Position numbers and translations under genes: made by a program
The notes under the pieces: model-generated
Told to the model about the DNA's origin: nothing
The model's database searches: none
What the model saw: the letters and a program-made list of their open reading frames with translations, nothing else
Shown: positions 17,712 to 26,899 of the stretch, one piece after another
How the letters are laid out: every line of letters starts with the position of its first letter
How positions within the stretch are numbered: position 1 is the stretch's first letter
NCBI GenBank assembly: GCA_035269445.1
Contig: DATFJC010000012.1
Location: 1 to 51,096, forward strand
Direction: 5' to 3'
DNA: 51,096 nucleotides
Source: Patescibacteria group bacterium
GTDB lineage: Bacteria > Patescibacteriota > Patescibacteriia > UBA2591 > UBA6264

Positions 17712-20514
17712 TTTTGCCTATTTTTGCTTTTATTCTTCTAACACCAGCCCCAGAAGACTTTTCTTTAATAATTTTAAAGCCACCAATTTCTCCAGTATGG
17801 TTAACATGGGGGCCAGCACAAACTTCTTTTGAATAATCACCTATAGAATAAACCTTAACAATCTTAGGATATTTTTCTTTAAAAAATGCCAAAGCACCAG
17901 TTTCATCAACGCGCTCTAAGGGCATTTCTTTATAGGTTACTTTTAAATCTTTTTTAATTTTATCATTAACAATATCTTCAACTTCTTTTATTTCTTTGTC
18001 TGTTAAAGGCTTGTCATGGATAAAATCAAAGCGAAGACGATCAGGCTTTAAATCAGAACCAGTTTGTTTAACATGATCACCTAAAACATCACGCAGGGCT
18101 TGTTGTAAAAGATGAGTAGCACTATGATGAGGAGCAACAGTTTCACCCAGCTCCCCTACTCCCCCAAACTTCTTTTTAACTCCAGCTCGAGATATTTTTT
18201 TATGTTCTTTAAAAGCCTTATTAAAATCTTTTTCATTTACTTTTAAACCATTTTCTTTTGCCATTTCATTGGACAGTTCATAGGGAAAGCCATAAGTATC
18301 ATAAAGATGAAATGCCTTTTGGGGATCTATTTCTTTTTTATTTTTTTTCTTAGTTTCTTTAACTAGTTTTTTAAATTCTCTTAAACCTTGATTTAAGGTT
18401 TTTTCAAATTTTTCTGATTCTTTTTGTATTATGGTTATAATATCATTATTTTTTTCTAATAATTTAGGATAAACATGTTTATATTTTTTTATAATATGCT
18501 TGGCCAGAACTGGCAGCATCTCTGACTTCCCGCCTATAAGGGATAAATATCTTATAGCCCTTCTTATAAGGCGCCTTAAAACATAGCCCCTACCCTTGTT
18601 TGAAGGTAAAACTCCATCAGAAATTAAAAAACAAATACCCCTGGCATGATCAGCTATTATTCTTTGAGCTTTTTTGTTTTCAATTTGTCCTACCTTTAAA
18701 AGTAAGTCTATTTTAACCATAATTGACTTAAAAAGATCTGTTTCATAATCAGAAGGCTCACCTTGCAAAAGAGCAGTTAGTCTTTCTAGGCCAGCTCCTG
18801 TATCAATGCTTTTTTGAGGTAATTTTTTAAATTTATTATCTTTAGTTAAATTATATTGCATAAAAACTAAATTCCAAACCTCAACAAACCTTCCACAGCT
18901 ACAATTTGGGCCGCAATTCTCTAAATCGCATTTACCTTTTTTAAACTCTTCTCCCATATCAATATGAATCTCTGAACAAGGCCCGCAAGGACCAGCTTCA
19001 CCAACAGGCCCCCAAAAATTATCTTTACTACCAAATTCTTTTATTCTTTTTTTGGGAATATATTGTTGCCATATTTTTAAAGCCTCTGTATCTTTAGGGA
19101 CATCTTCATTGCCCTTAAAAATTGTAACCCAAATTTTTTCTTTTTTAATATTTAGTTCATTGGTTAAAAAGTCTAAAGACCACTTTATGGCTTCTTCTTT
19201 AAAATAATCCCCAAAAGACCAATTACCAAGCATTTCAAAAAATGTATGATGAACCTTATCACCCACTTCCTCAATATCAGAAGTTCGAAAACATTTTTGG
19301 ACACTTACGGCCCTTTTATATTGAGGCTGCTTATCACCACTTAAATAAGGAATGAATTGCTGCATTCCAGCAGAGGTGAATAAAACACTTGAATCAGCCG
19401 GAACAATAGAAGAGGTTTTAACCACAGTATGATCTTTTCTTTTAAAAAAATTAATAAATTTTTGACGTATTTGATCAGATTGCATAATATTTTTATCTTT
19501 TTTATCGCCATTTATAACTTTAATTAAAAATAATCCACTATAGGAAATTAAAATAACTGCCCCAAAACCTACAAAAATAAGATCAAAGAATCTAGTAAGC
19601 AAGCTAAACGTTAATCCTAATTTAGCAGAAAGACTAACAGTTTCAAAGCCCAGTACACTTGCCCCTTCATAAATACCTATATTTCCAGGAATAACACTTA
19701 AGATCGAAGAAAATATCATCATTGCTCTTGCTACAAAAAGATCCATAATAGCAGGAATGGTTTTTTTCAAAAAAACAAAAAATAAAAAAAGTTGAGCCAC
19801 CTCAATAAAAAAAGCAAAGCAAGCAACAAAGACTATTGAAAACCAATGCTTGGGACCTTTTTTTAAAAACTCTACCATTTGATGGCCAACTAACTTTAAC
19901 TTTTGGGCTATAACAACACTTTTCCCACTAGATAAAGACTTAATTCGATTTAAATGAAGAATTTTTGTTAACCAGCCTAAAATTCTTTTTAATCCAAAAA
20001 CTTTTAAGCCAATAAATAAGCCAGCACAGGCTATTAAAATACCCAATAAAAGCAAGGCAGCTACTAAAAGATTATTACTAAAAATTGCAATAACAAAGCC
20101 TATGAATAAAAATAAGGAAAAACCAAAAATATCAAACAATCTATCTAATAAAACCGTTGTTGTGGCCCGAGAAATAGGAATATTATGATGTTTTTTTAAA
20201 GAAAAAATTCTAATTCCTTCGCCACCCCAATAAACCCCTGGAGTAGTATAACTGATAGCAATCTCAGCTACTCTAGAAGCTGAAAGTTTTAATAAGGGAA
20301 TGTCTTTACAATCAAATTTCTTTAAAATCAATTTCCACTTTAGAGTCCAAATAAAAACCCTAAAGGCTGTAAAAGAAAAAAGGGCAATCATTTGCCAACC
20401 ATTAAAAAGCTTTAATTTTTCAAAAACATGCTTAAATCCAATATGCTGATAAATAGCAAAAGCTACTATTAAGCCGAGTAAAAGTGATATAACAAATATA
20501 GAGCGCTTTTTCAT
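17704..20514 (-). CDS. alaS: Fusion protein: UPF0104/LPG_synthase_TM (MprF flippase-like, YbhN-like) polytopic membrane domain + alanine--tRNA ligase lacking the C-Ala domain
   Basis: 936 codons with no stop. Residues 1-343 form about 8 hydrophobic helices with the duplicated motifs TPGVYWGGEGIRIF and IPGNIGIYEGASVLGF. AlaRS starts at Met344 (ATG 19485..19483) with MQSDQIRQKFINFFKRKDH...FTSAGMQQF, HHTFFEMLGNWSFGDYFK and DTGAGLERL. Editing-site motifs are HHSATHLLQQAL and CAGPHVNHTGEIG. The protein ends at GVRRIKAKIGKNV. Confidence 0.8.
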   Translation of the reverse strand: MKKRSIFVISLLLGLIVAFAIYQHIGFKHVFEKLKLFNGWQMIALFSFTAFRVFIWTLKWKLILKKFDCKDIPLLKLSASRVAEIAISYTTPGVYWGGEGIRIFSLKKHHNIPISRATTTVLLDRLFDIFGFSLFLFIGFVIAIFSNNLLVAALLLLGILIACAGLFIGLKVFGLKRILGWLTKILHLNRIKSLSSGKSVVIAQKLKLVGHQMVEFLKKGPKHWFSIVFVACFAFFIEVAQLFLFFVFLKKTIPAIMDLFVARAMMIFSSILSVIPGNIGIYEGASVLGFETVSLSAKLGLTFSLLTRFFDLIFVGFGAVILISYSGLFLIKVINGDKKDKNIMQSDQIRQKFINFFKRKDHTVVKTSSIVPADSSVLFTSAGMQQFIPYLSGDKQPQYKRAVSVQKCFRTSDIEEVGDKVHHTFFEMLGNWSFGDYFKEEAIKWSLDFLTNELNIKKEKIWVTIFKGNEDVPKDTEALKIWQQYIPKKRIKEFGSKDNFWGPVGEAGPCGPCSEIHIDMGEEFKKGKCDLENCGPNCSCGRFVEVWNLVFMQYNLTKDNKFKKLPQKSIDTGAGLERLTALLQGEPSDYETDLFKSIMVKIDLLLKVGQIENKKAQRIIADHARGICFLISDGVLPSNKGRGYVLRRLIRRAIRYLSLIGGKSEMLPVLAKHIIKKYKHVYPKLLEKNNDIITIIQKESEKFEKTLNQGLREFKKLVKETKKKNKKEIDPQKAFHLYDTYGFPYELSNEMAKENGLKVNEKDFNKAFKEHKKISRAGVKKKFGGVGELGETVAPHHSATHLLQQALRDVLGDHVKQTGSDLKPDRLRFDFIHDKPLTDKEIKEVEDIVNDKIKKDLKVTYKEMPLERVDETGALAFFKEKYPKIVKVYSIGDYSKEVCAGPHVNHTGEIGGFKIIKEKSSGAGVRRIKAKIGKNV

Positions 20515-20527
20515 ACAAACAAAGGGT

Positions 20528-22123
20528 TTAGGAATTATTGTCTGATTTTTTTGGCAAGCTATCTTTTGTTTCCTTTTGAGAATTATCCTTTAAATCTTTT
20601 TCTTTTTTCTTCTTTTTTAAACAATCCTTACAGTAAACTGGCCTTAATCCATCTGGAACAAATGGCACATAAGTAGTTTTGCCACATTCACTACAAATAG
20701 CTTTATGCTTATCTTTTTTATTTTTTAAATCATTTAGATCCTGACCTTTTTTAATAAGCCCACTCCATCTAGCAATTTTATCCTCTACCACTTCTTTGGG
20801 TTCAGCATAACGCTCCCTAGAAGCTCTTATAATCTTTTCTTCATTATTTTCTGGCTCTGATATTGGCGGTAAAGTTATGGCAGAAAAGGGGTCTGAAGTT
20901 ACCCCATCTATCATAAGCTTTACATAAACATTATATTTATCCAAGTCTACTAAATCATCTTCAGTAAAACGAGGAGCAAACTCTCTAGATAAAAATTCTG
21001 CATCTTCAGCCCCAACCCTAAAAACTACCATTGTGCCAACATTTCCAAAAACTGCATTTCTAACTCTATCAGACTGATCCGTAATAAGCTGGCCAATATA
21101 TTGATGAGCTAAGGTTAAATTAAGATGATATTTTCTTGCTTCTGATAAAATGCTTGCAAACGACTCTGTAGCAAAATTTTGAAATTCATCTACATAAAGA
21201 TAAAAATCTTTTCTATCTTCTTCTTTCATATCCATTCTTGACATTGCAGCTAATTGAATTTTGGTAATCATCATTGCCCCTAAAAGAGATGAGGCATCTT
21301 CTCCGATTCTTCCTTTGGACAAATTCATTATTAAAATCTTCTCCTGGTCCATTACTTCTCTAATATTAAATTTCGATCTTACCTGCCCCACAATATTTCT
21401 TATAAGAGAAGTTGAAAGAAATTGACCTACTTTATTTTGAATTGGGGCAATGGCTTCTGTTCTTAATCTATCATGATAACGATTATATTCCTCAACCCAA
21501 AAAGATCTAACTACTGGGTCAGTTAAATTATCAACCACCTTACTTCTAAAATCTTTATCTACCAACATTCTCATAATCCCAAGCAAGGTACTATCAGGAT
21601 ATTCTAAAAGGGAAAGAATTGTATTTCTTAAAACATATTCCAATCTTGGTCCCCAAGAGTCAGCCCAAATCTTTTTAAAGACCCCAACTAAACCCGAAGC
21701 TACCAAATGTCGCCTCTTAGAATCAACTTTTTCTAAAATATTAAAAGCAATTGGAAATTCTGTATCAGCTGGATTAAAATAAAGAGTTTCATTTATTCTT
21801 TCTGAAGGGATGCAATTAATCATTTTCTCTGCTAAATCTCCATGAGGGTCAACAACCGCCACCCCTTTGCCAGCTTGAATGTCTTGATAAATCATATTTT
21901 CTATAGTAGTAGTTTTGCCAGTACCGGTTTTTCCTACTAAATACATATGACGCCTTCTATCATCCGTTCTAATACCAAACTTTTTATGCTGATTGCGAAA
22001 ATTAGTTTTAGCAAAAAGACATACATCGTCAGTATTTTCTTTTTTGATTCTACTTAAATTATCAACACCATTTTTTTGTGTTGAGTTGATTTTACTTAAA
22101 TTATCATTGTTTTTTTCTGACAT
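20528..22123 (-). CDS. Soluble TraD/VirD4/TrwB-like (type IV coupling protein family) P-loop ATPase with C-terminal CxxC-x17-CxxC zinc ribbon
   Basis: 531 aa. Walker A is LVGKTGTGKTT and Walker B region is FYLYVDEFQNF, followed by ARKYHLNLTLAHQYIGQL (TraG-D_C-like). The C-terminus is CSECGKTTYVPFVPDGLRPVYCKDC plus a K-rich tail. There is no N-terminal TM helix. Confidence 0.6.
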   Translation of the reverse strand: MSEKNNDNLSKINSTQKNGVDNLSRIKKENTDDVCLFAKTNFRNQHKKFGIRTDDRRRHMYLVGKTGTGKTTTIENMIYQDIQAGKGVAVVDPHGDLAEKMINCIPSERINETLYFNPADTEFPIAFNILEKVDSKRRHLVASGLVGVFKKIWADSWGPRLEYVLRNTILSLLEYPDSTLLGIMRMLVDKDFRSKVVDNLTDPVVRSFWVEEYNRYHDRLRTEAIAPIQNKVGQFLSTSLIRNIVGQVRSKFNIREVMDQEKILIMNLSKGRIGEDASSLLGAMMITKIQLAAMSRMDMKEEDRKDFYLYVDEFQNFATESFASILSEARKYHLNLTLAHQYIGQLITDQSDRVRNAVFGNVGTMVVFRVGAEDAEFLSREFAPRFTEDDLVDLDKYNVYVKLMIDGVTSDPFSAITLPPISEPENNEEKIIRASRERYAEPKEVVEDKIARWSGLIKKGQDLNDLKNKKDKHKAICSECGKTTYVPFVPDGLRPVYCKDCLKKKKKEKDLKDNSQKETKDSLPKKSDNNS

Positions 22124-22145
22124 ATAAAGGAAATTTATATTTAAA

Positions 22146-22173
22146 ATTATATCAAATACTAGGGTTTTGTCAA
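22146..22173 (-). promoter_or_regulatory. Sigma70-type promoter TTGACA-16 nt-TATAAT upstream of the ATPase gene
   Basis: Minus strand reads TTGACAaaaccctagtatttgaTATAAT, about 25 nt upstream of ATG 22123. Confidence 0.5.
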
Positions 22174-22185
22174 TTAAAATTAGTT

Positions 22186-23283
22186 TTAATCATTGCCAGA
22201 ATCCTTTGTTTTAATCGGCAAAAATATCCCTAAGATAATAAAAATAACAAAAAGTAATATAATTGCTATTACTTTTCCTATGGTTTGCAAAAACAAGGCA
22301 GAAAAACCAAAAATTAAAGCTAAAATCCAGTAAATAATTACAGCTTTTTTCTTACTCATACCAAGTCTTAAAAGTCTAAAATGTAAATGGCTTTTATCAC
22401 CCTTAAAAGGAGATTTTCCTTTTAAAATTCTTTTAAAAAATACTCCGAATATATCAAATATAGCTAAACCGGCAATTAAAAAAGTGGTTGCCAATTTACT
22501 GCCAGAAAGTATAGCTAAACAGCCTAAAATAAAACCCGCAAAAAGACTACCTCCTTCTCCTAAAAAAATCTTAGCTGGCTGAAAATTATATATTAAAAAC
22601 CCCAAAAATGCCCCAGCCACGATTAAGGATAAAAAACCTAAATTAGGCAAATGGAAAATAGTTAAAAGGCAAAGGCCAGCAATAGTTAATGCCCCAATAC
22701 AAGTAAGGCCAGAAACTAAGCCATCTAAGCCATCTAAAAGTTTAGTAGCATACATTAAAATCATTAGCCAAATAAAGGTAATTATATCTGACCAGGGCGT
22801 AAAATAATAAGGTATGCCATTAATTTTTAAAACTTCTATTTTTAAATTATTAAAATAAATATATCCCTCACCAAAAGGATTATTTATAAACTCTATCCCC
22901 ACTCCACTTACAATAACAACTAAGGCTGCCAATATTGGCCATATGATTTGAACCCAGGGACTTAAATCATACTTATCATCTAAAAACCCTCCTATCATTA
23001 AAATAGCCCCTCCCAATAAAAGACCTAATAAATGTTTTAAATTAACATTTGCTTCCGGCCAAACTTTTAATAAAAAAGCTAAAAAAACAACTATAAAAAT
23101 AACTAAAAAAATAGCCAAGCCCCCAAGCAAGGGAGTTGGCTTTTTATGAATTTTTCTTTTTTTAAAGGGAAAGTCAATAATGCTAAGCTTTAAAGCAATT
23201 TTTCTTAAAATAGGCGTTAAAACCAAAGCTAGAAAAAAACTAATTATAAAAAAAATAAAATACATAAATTTAATTTGAATCAA
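22186..23283 (-). CDS. Polyprenyl-phosphate N-acetylhexosamine-1-phosphate transferase (GT4, WecA/TagO-like rather than MraY)
   Basis: 365 aa with about 10 TM helices. Motifs are HKKPTPLLGG, FLDDKYDLSP, KLLDGLDGL and DKSHLHFRLL (WecA-type HxHH-like, not the MraY HHH motif). Confidence 0.75.
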   Translation of the reverse strand: MIQIKFMYFIFFIISFFLALVLTPILRKIALKLSIIDFPFKKRKIHKKPTPLLGGLAIFLVIFIVVFLAFLLKVWPEANVNLKHLLGLLLGGAILMIGGFLDDKYDLSPWVQIIWPILAALVVIVSGVGIEFINNPFGEGYIYFNNLKIEVLKINGIPYYFTPWSDIITFIWLMILMYATKLLDGLDGLVSGLTCIGALTIAGLCLLTIFHLPNLGFLSLIVAGAFLGFLIYNFQPAKIFLGEGGSLFAGFILGCLAILSGSKLATTFLIAGLAIFDIFGVFFKRILKGKSPFKGDKSHLHFRLLRLGMSKKKAVIIYWILALIFGFSALFLQTIGKVIAIILLFVIFIILGIFLPIKTKDSGND

Positions 23284-23641
23284 TATAATTTTGAAGTATA
23301 ATTTGAGCTGCTACTTTATGATTATCGCTGGAATTTATCAACTTTTTTGCCATTTGAGTGGTAAACCTTTCATCAAACTCAGAAATGGGCAAAGAAAGAT
23401 TTTTTTTAAGCTTTTCAATAAAATGCTTAGTAGGTTCAGTAAAATTGGTTTTTTGGTTATCTAAACCCATGGGCATGCCAATTACTATCCTTTTTACATC
23501 CAATTCTTTAATAATCTTTTTTAAATAACTTAAAGTATCCTTATTTTTTATATTTTTATAAGGCATAGCTATTTTTAATTCTTCATCTGCTATGGCAAGA
23601 CCTATATTAATCCTGCCATAATCAATTCCCAATATATACAT
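23270..23641 (-). CDS. ruvX: Holliday junction resolvase-like / pre-16S processing nuclease RuvX (YqgF)
   Basis: MYILGIDYGRINIGLAIAD is the YqgF N-terminus. I prefer ATG 23641 to the TTG at 23668 used by the ORF track. The 3' end overlaps the next gene by 14 nt. Confidence 0.8.
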   Translation of the reverse strand: MYILGIDYGRINIGLAIADEELKIAMPYKNIKNKDTLSYLKKIIKELDVKRIVIGMPMGLDNQKTNFTEPTKHFIEKLKKNLSLPISEFDERFTTQMAKKLINSSDNHKVAAQIILQNYIDSN

Positions 23642-23673
23642 AAGTTTATTATAACAAATTTTAACCAATAAAA

Positions 23674-23700
23674 AAACTGTAATTTATAAAATTACAGTTT
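23674..23700 (-). terminator. Intrinsic terminator after map (AAACTGTAATTT-ata-AAATTACAGTTT)
   Basis: Perfect 12-bp inverted repeat 35 nt after the map stop, followed on the minus strand by TTTTTTATT. It marks the end of the r-protein/secY/adk/map transcription unit. Confidence 0.7.
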
Positions 23701-23734
23701 AAAATAATATTATATTGTATTATTTTATTATATA

Positions 23735-24499
23735 TTATTTAATCCTAGTTAAGATCTCTGCTTCTGAATCATTTATTAGAATTGTATGCTCAAAATGAGC
23801 TGAAAAAGAGCCGTCCATAGTTACAATAGTCCAGCCATCTTCTTTGGTTTTTACTTCTTCAGTGCCTTGATTAATCATAGGTTCCAAAGCTAAGACCATG
23901 CCATTTTTTAGCCTTGGTCCTGTTTCTGGACGACCATAATTAAAAACGCTGGGCTCTTCGTGAAGTTCTTTGCCAACCCCATGTCCAGTTAAGGTTTTTA
24001 CTACGCTAAAGCCATTTTTCTCAGCATGTGTTTGAATAGCATTAGAAATATCTCCTAAATGATTACCTGAATTAGCTGCTCCAATCCCCTTTTCTAAACA
24101 TTCTCTAGTAACTGCAAGTAATTTTTCTGTTTTTAAGTCAAGCTTACCCACGGGAATAGTTTTAGCCATATCTGAATAATATCCCTTAAATTTAACCCCG
24201 CAATCAATTCCTATGATATCACCTCTTTTTAAAATTTTATCTTTACTAGGAATACCATGAACTACTTCTTGATTTACTGAAGTACAAAGAGCAGCAGGAA
24301 ATTCATGACCTTGAGGCCCAAAACCCTTAAAAGCCGCTTTTACTCCAGCTTTTTTTATTAAGTCTTCAGCTAGTTCATTAAGATTATAAGTACTTACGCC
24401 TGGCTCAACCTTACTAATTACTTTATTCAAAATATCAGCCAATATTTTACCAGCTTGACGCATAATTTTTATTTCTTTATCTGTTTTAATGTGAATCAT
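23735..24499 (-). CDS. map: Type I methionine aminopeptidase
   Basis: 254 aa with DIIGIDCGV, GHGVG, LEPMIN and FEHT metal-ligand contexts. Its ATG overlaps the adk TGA (ATGA). Confidence 0.93.
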   Translation of the reverse strand: MIHIKTDKEIKIMRQAGKILADILNKVISKVEPGVSTYNLNELAEDLIKKAGVKAAFKGFGPQGHEFPAALCTSVNQEVVHGIPSKDKILKRGDIIGIDCGVKFKGYYSDMAKTIPVGKLDLKTEKLLAVTRECLEKGIGAANSGNHLGDISNAIQTHAEKNGFSVVKTLTGHGVGKELHEEPSVFNYGRPETGPRLKNGMVLALEPMINQGTEEVKTKEDGWTIVTMDGSFSAHFEHTILINDSEAEILTRIK

Positions 24500-25146
24500 A
24501 AATAAGATTTAATTTCTTTATAAACATTATTAATTGAATCTTCTCCATTAATTTTAATTAATTTATTTTCTTTTTTAAAATAATTTACCACAGGATCTGT
24601 TTTTTTGCGATATAGGGCTAATCTTTTTTTAATACTTTCTGGAGTTTCATCCCTTCTCACAACAACTTCTCCGCCACATATTGGGCAAATAACTTCGTCT
24701 TTGTTAATAGTTTCCCCTATTATAAAGGGCGTGCCACAATTAAGACAAATCTTTCTTTTTTTTAAACGTTTAATAGACTCTTGTTTTGAAATTGATATAA
24801 AAAAGACATGAGTAATCTTTCTCTCATGTTTTGCTAAATTTTCCTTTAAGGGCTTAATCTCGCCTAATCGCCTTGGGGTACCATCAAAAATAATGCCTTG
24901 ATCTTTAGAAACTTTTTTTAATTCCTGTCCCACTATTTCTGAAATCATGGATATAGGCACCATGTTGCCCTGATTTATAATACGGGCCACTCTTTTACCT
25001 AGATTGGTTTCTTTTTTAGAAATTTCTCTTAAAACCTTACCTATTTCTATGTGTTTAAAACCAAAATCTCTTGCCAATAATTTAGCTTGAGTTCCTTTGC
25101 CAGAGCCTTGAGGCCCTAACAAAATAATATTTAAAATATTTTTCAT
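24496..25146 (-). CDS. adk: Adenylate kinase (Zn-binding lid)
   Basis: 216 aa with P-loop GPQGSGKGT and lid cysteines CLNCG...CPICGG. It terminates with TGA. Confidence 0.93.
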   Translation of the reverse strand: MKNILNIILLGPQGSGKGTQAKLLARDFGFKHIEIGKVLREISKKETNLGKRVARIINQGNMVPISMISEIVGQELKKVSKDQGIIFDGTPRRLGEIKPLKENLAKHERKITHVFFISISKQESIKRLKKRKICLNCGTPFIIGETINKDEVICPICGGEVVVRRDETPESIKKRLALYRKKTDPVVNYFKKENKLIKINGEDSINNVYKEIKSYL

Positions 25147-25151
25147 ATTTT

Positions 25152-26435
25152 TTAATTAGCCCCACCCTCATACTCATGCATAGATATCTGGGCTTTGATT
25201 TGTTTAACTGTTCTAAGAACTACACTCACAACAATCAAAACCGCGGCTCCACCTATAACAAAACTAGAGGTTTGAAAAGTATTTTGAATTATTACTGGTA
25301 AAACAGCAATAATACCAAGTGACATTGCTCCAGCAAACATTACTCTTTTGCTAATAGCCGCCAGATAATCAGAAGTATGATCACCAGGTCTTATCCCAGG
25401 GATAAAGCCACCTTGTTTTTGTAAATTTTCAGAAATCTCATCTGGATGAAAAACAATACTTGTATAAAAATAAGCAAAAGCAACTACTAAAGCAAAATAA
25501 ATTAAACCATAAATAAGTTGATTTTGCATGACTCCTGCTAAAAATTCTCCAACATTAGCAATAAAGGCAGTCCCAGAACGCATCATAATCTTGCCTATTA
25601 AGCCAGGGAATAAAACTACTGAAATAGCAAAAATGATTGGTATCATACCAGCTTGATTTACCTTTAATGGCAAATAAGTGTCTCGGCCACCAAACATCTT
25701 CCTACCTCTTACGCGCCGAGCATAAGTTACCGGTATATTTCTTTGAGCCTGAGTAATCATAACCACTCCAGCAATCGTTATAACAGCTAAACCTGTTAAG
25801 ATTAAAAACTCCATAATCTTAGAAGAAGAAAAGGTTACTATAGTTTGTTGTAAAGAAGCTGGTATTCTTTCTACTATACCAGCAAAAATTATTAAAGAAA
25901 CTCCATTACCAATATTTTTTTCTGTAATAAGCTCACCAAGCCACATTAAAAATACTGTTCCTGCTGTCATAACTAGCATTATATGAAGAGTTTGGATTAA
26001 AGATAGGTCAGAAACAATAGTGGCAGATGATTGCCGCAAAAGAGTAATCATGCCATAAGATTGAAAAATTGCTAAAGGAACAGTTAAAAATCTTGAATAT
26101 TGATTAATTTTCTTTCTACCAGCTGGCCCCTGCTTTGATAATTCTTCTAACTTAGGAACAATCATGGTTAAAAGCTGCATAATAATAGAAGCAGTAATAA
26201 AAGGGGCAACACCCATTGCTACCACAGAAAAGTTACTCATAGCCCCACCAGACATTACATTAAGCATTCCTAACATTTGATTTTGAGAAAATAACTCTTT
26301 AAGGTTTTCAATATTTACGCCAGGTACTGGAATATGAGCTGCAATTCTAAAAATAATAAGCATTGATAACACAAAAAGTATTTTTTTGCGCAAATCTTTA
26401 ATGCCCCAAATTCTTTGTATTTTTTTTAAAAACAT
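25152..26435 (-). CDS. secY: Preprotein translocase subunit SecY
   Basis: 427 aa polytopic protein in the canonical position between rplO and adk. Confidence 0.95.
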   Translation of the reverse strand: MFLKKIQRIWGIKDLRKKILFVLSMLIIFRIAAHIPVPGVNIENLKELFSQNQMLGMLNVMSGGAMSNFSVVAMGVAPFITASIIMQLLTMIVPKLEELSKQGPAGRKKINQYSRFLTVPLAIFQSYGMITLLRQSSATIVSDLSLIQTLHIMLVMTAGTVFLMWLGELITEKNIGNGVSLIIFAGIVERIPASLQQTIVTFSSSKIMEFLILTGLAVITIAGVVMITQAQRNIPVTYARRVRGRKMFGGRDTYLPLKVNQAGMIPIIFAISVVLFPGLIGKIMMRSGTAFIANVGEFLAGVMQNQLIYGLIYFALVVAFAYFYTSIVFHPDEISENLQKQGGFIPGIRPGDHTSDYLAAISKRVMFAGAMSLGIIAVLPVIIQNTFQTSSFVIGGAAVLIVVSVVLRTVKQIKAQISMHEYEGGAN

Positions 26436-26447
26436 ATATAAAAATTA

Positions 26448-26894
26448 CTATCTTGTTATAGCTTTTCCACCAGCCTTTTCTATTATTTTAAGAGCAGGCT
26501 TAGAAAATTGATTTGCATAAACCGTAAGCTTTTTATTAAGCTTACCTCTACCCAAAATCTTAAACTTTTTATCCTTTTTAGATAAAATATTTTTCTCTTG
26601 CAAGACTTTCAGATTTACCTTATCACCAGACTTAAATTTATTTTGCAAGGTTTCAATATTAATAATAGCTGGCTTTTGATGAATACTTTTAAAGCCCTTT
26701 TTTTTGGGGATTCTTTTTAAAACACTTCTAAATCCTTTTAATTTTAAGCCACCCTTGCCACCAGATCTTGAGCGTTGACCATTCATACCTCGGCCTGCAT
26801 AAGTACCATAACCAGAACCATTACCCCTTCCTACTCTTTTTCTAGAGGATTTTGAGCCTTTTTTAGGTTTTAAATTAGATAATTTTAATACCAT
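26448..26894 (-). CDS. rplO: 50S ribosomal protein L15
   Basis: 148 aa with RKRVGRGNGSGYGTYAGRGMNGQRSRSGG. Confidence 0.95.
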   Translation of the reverse strand: MVLKLSNLKPKKGSKSSRKRVGRGNGSGYGTYAGRGMNGQRSRSGGKGGLKLKGFRSVLKRIPKKKGFKSIHQKPAIINIETLQNKFKSGDKVNLKVLQEKNILSKKDKKFKILGRGKLNKKLTVYANQFSKPALKIIEKAGGKAITR

Positions 26895-26899
26895 ATAAA

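Noticed and set aside
17704-20514. The alaS ORF might really be two adjacent genes (membrane protein plus AlaRS) merged by the ORF caller.
   Set aside because: There is no stop codon in frame between the domains, since Met344 lies exactly in frame 343 codons after the first ATG. Translation from the upstream start must therefore read through. An additional internal initiation remains possible and is noted in the finding.
23641-23673. A TATAAT 7 nt upstream of the ruvX ATG suggested a leaderless ruvX transcript.
   Set aside because: No acceptable -35 element exists (only a T-run belonging to the map terminator), and TATAAT-like hexamers are frequent by chance in this AT-rich DNA. Read-through from upstream cannot be excluded.
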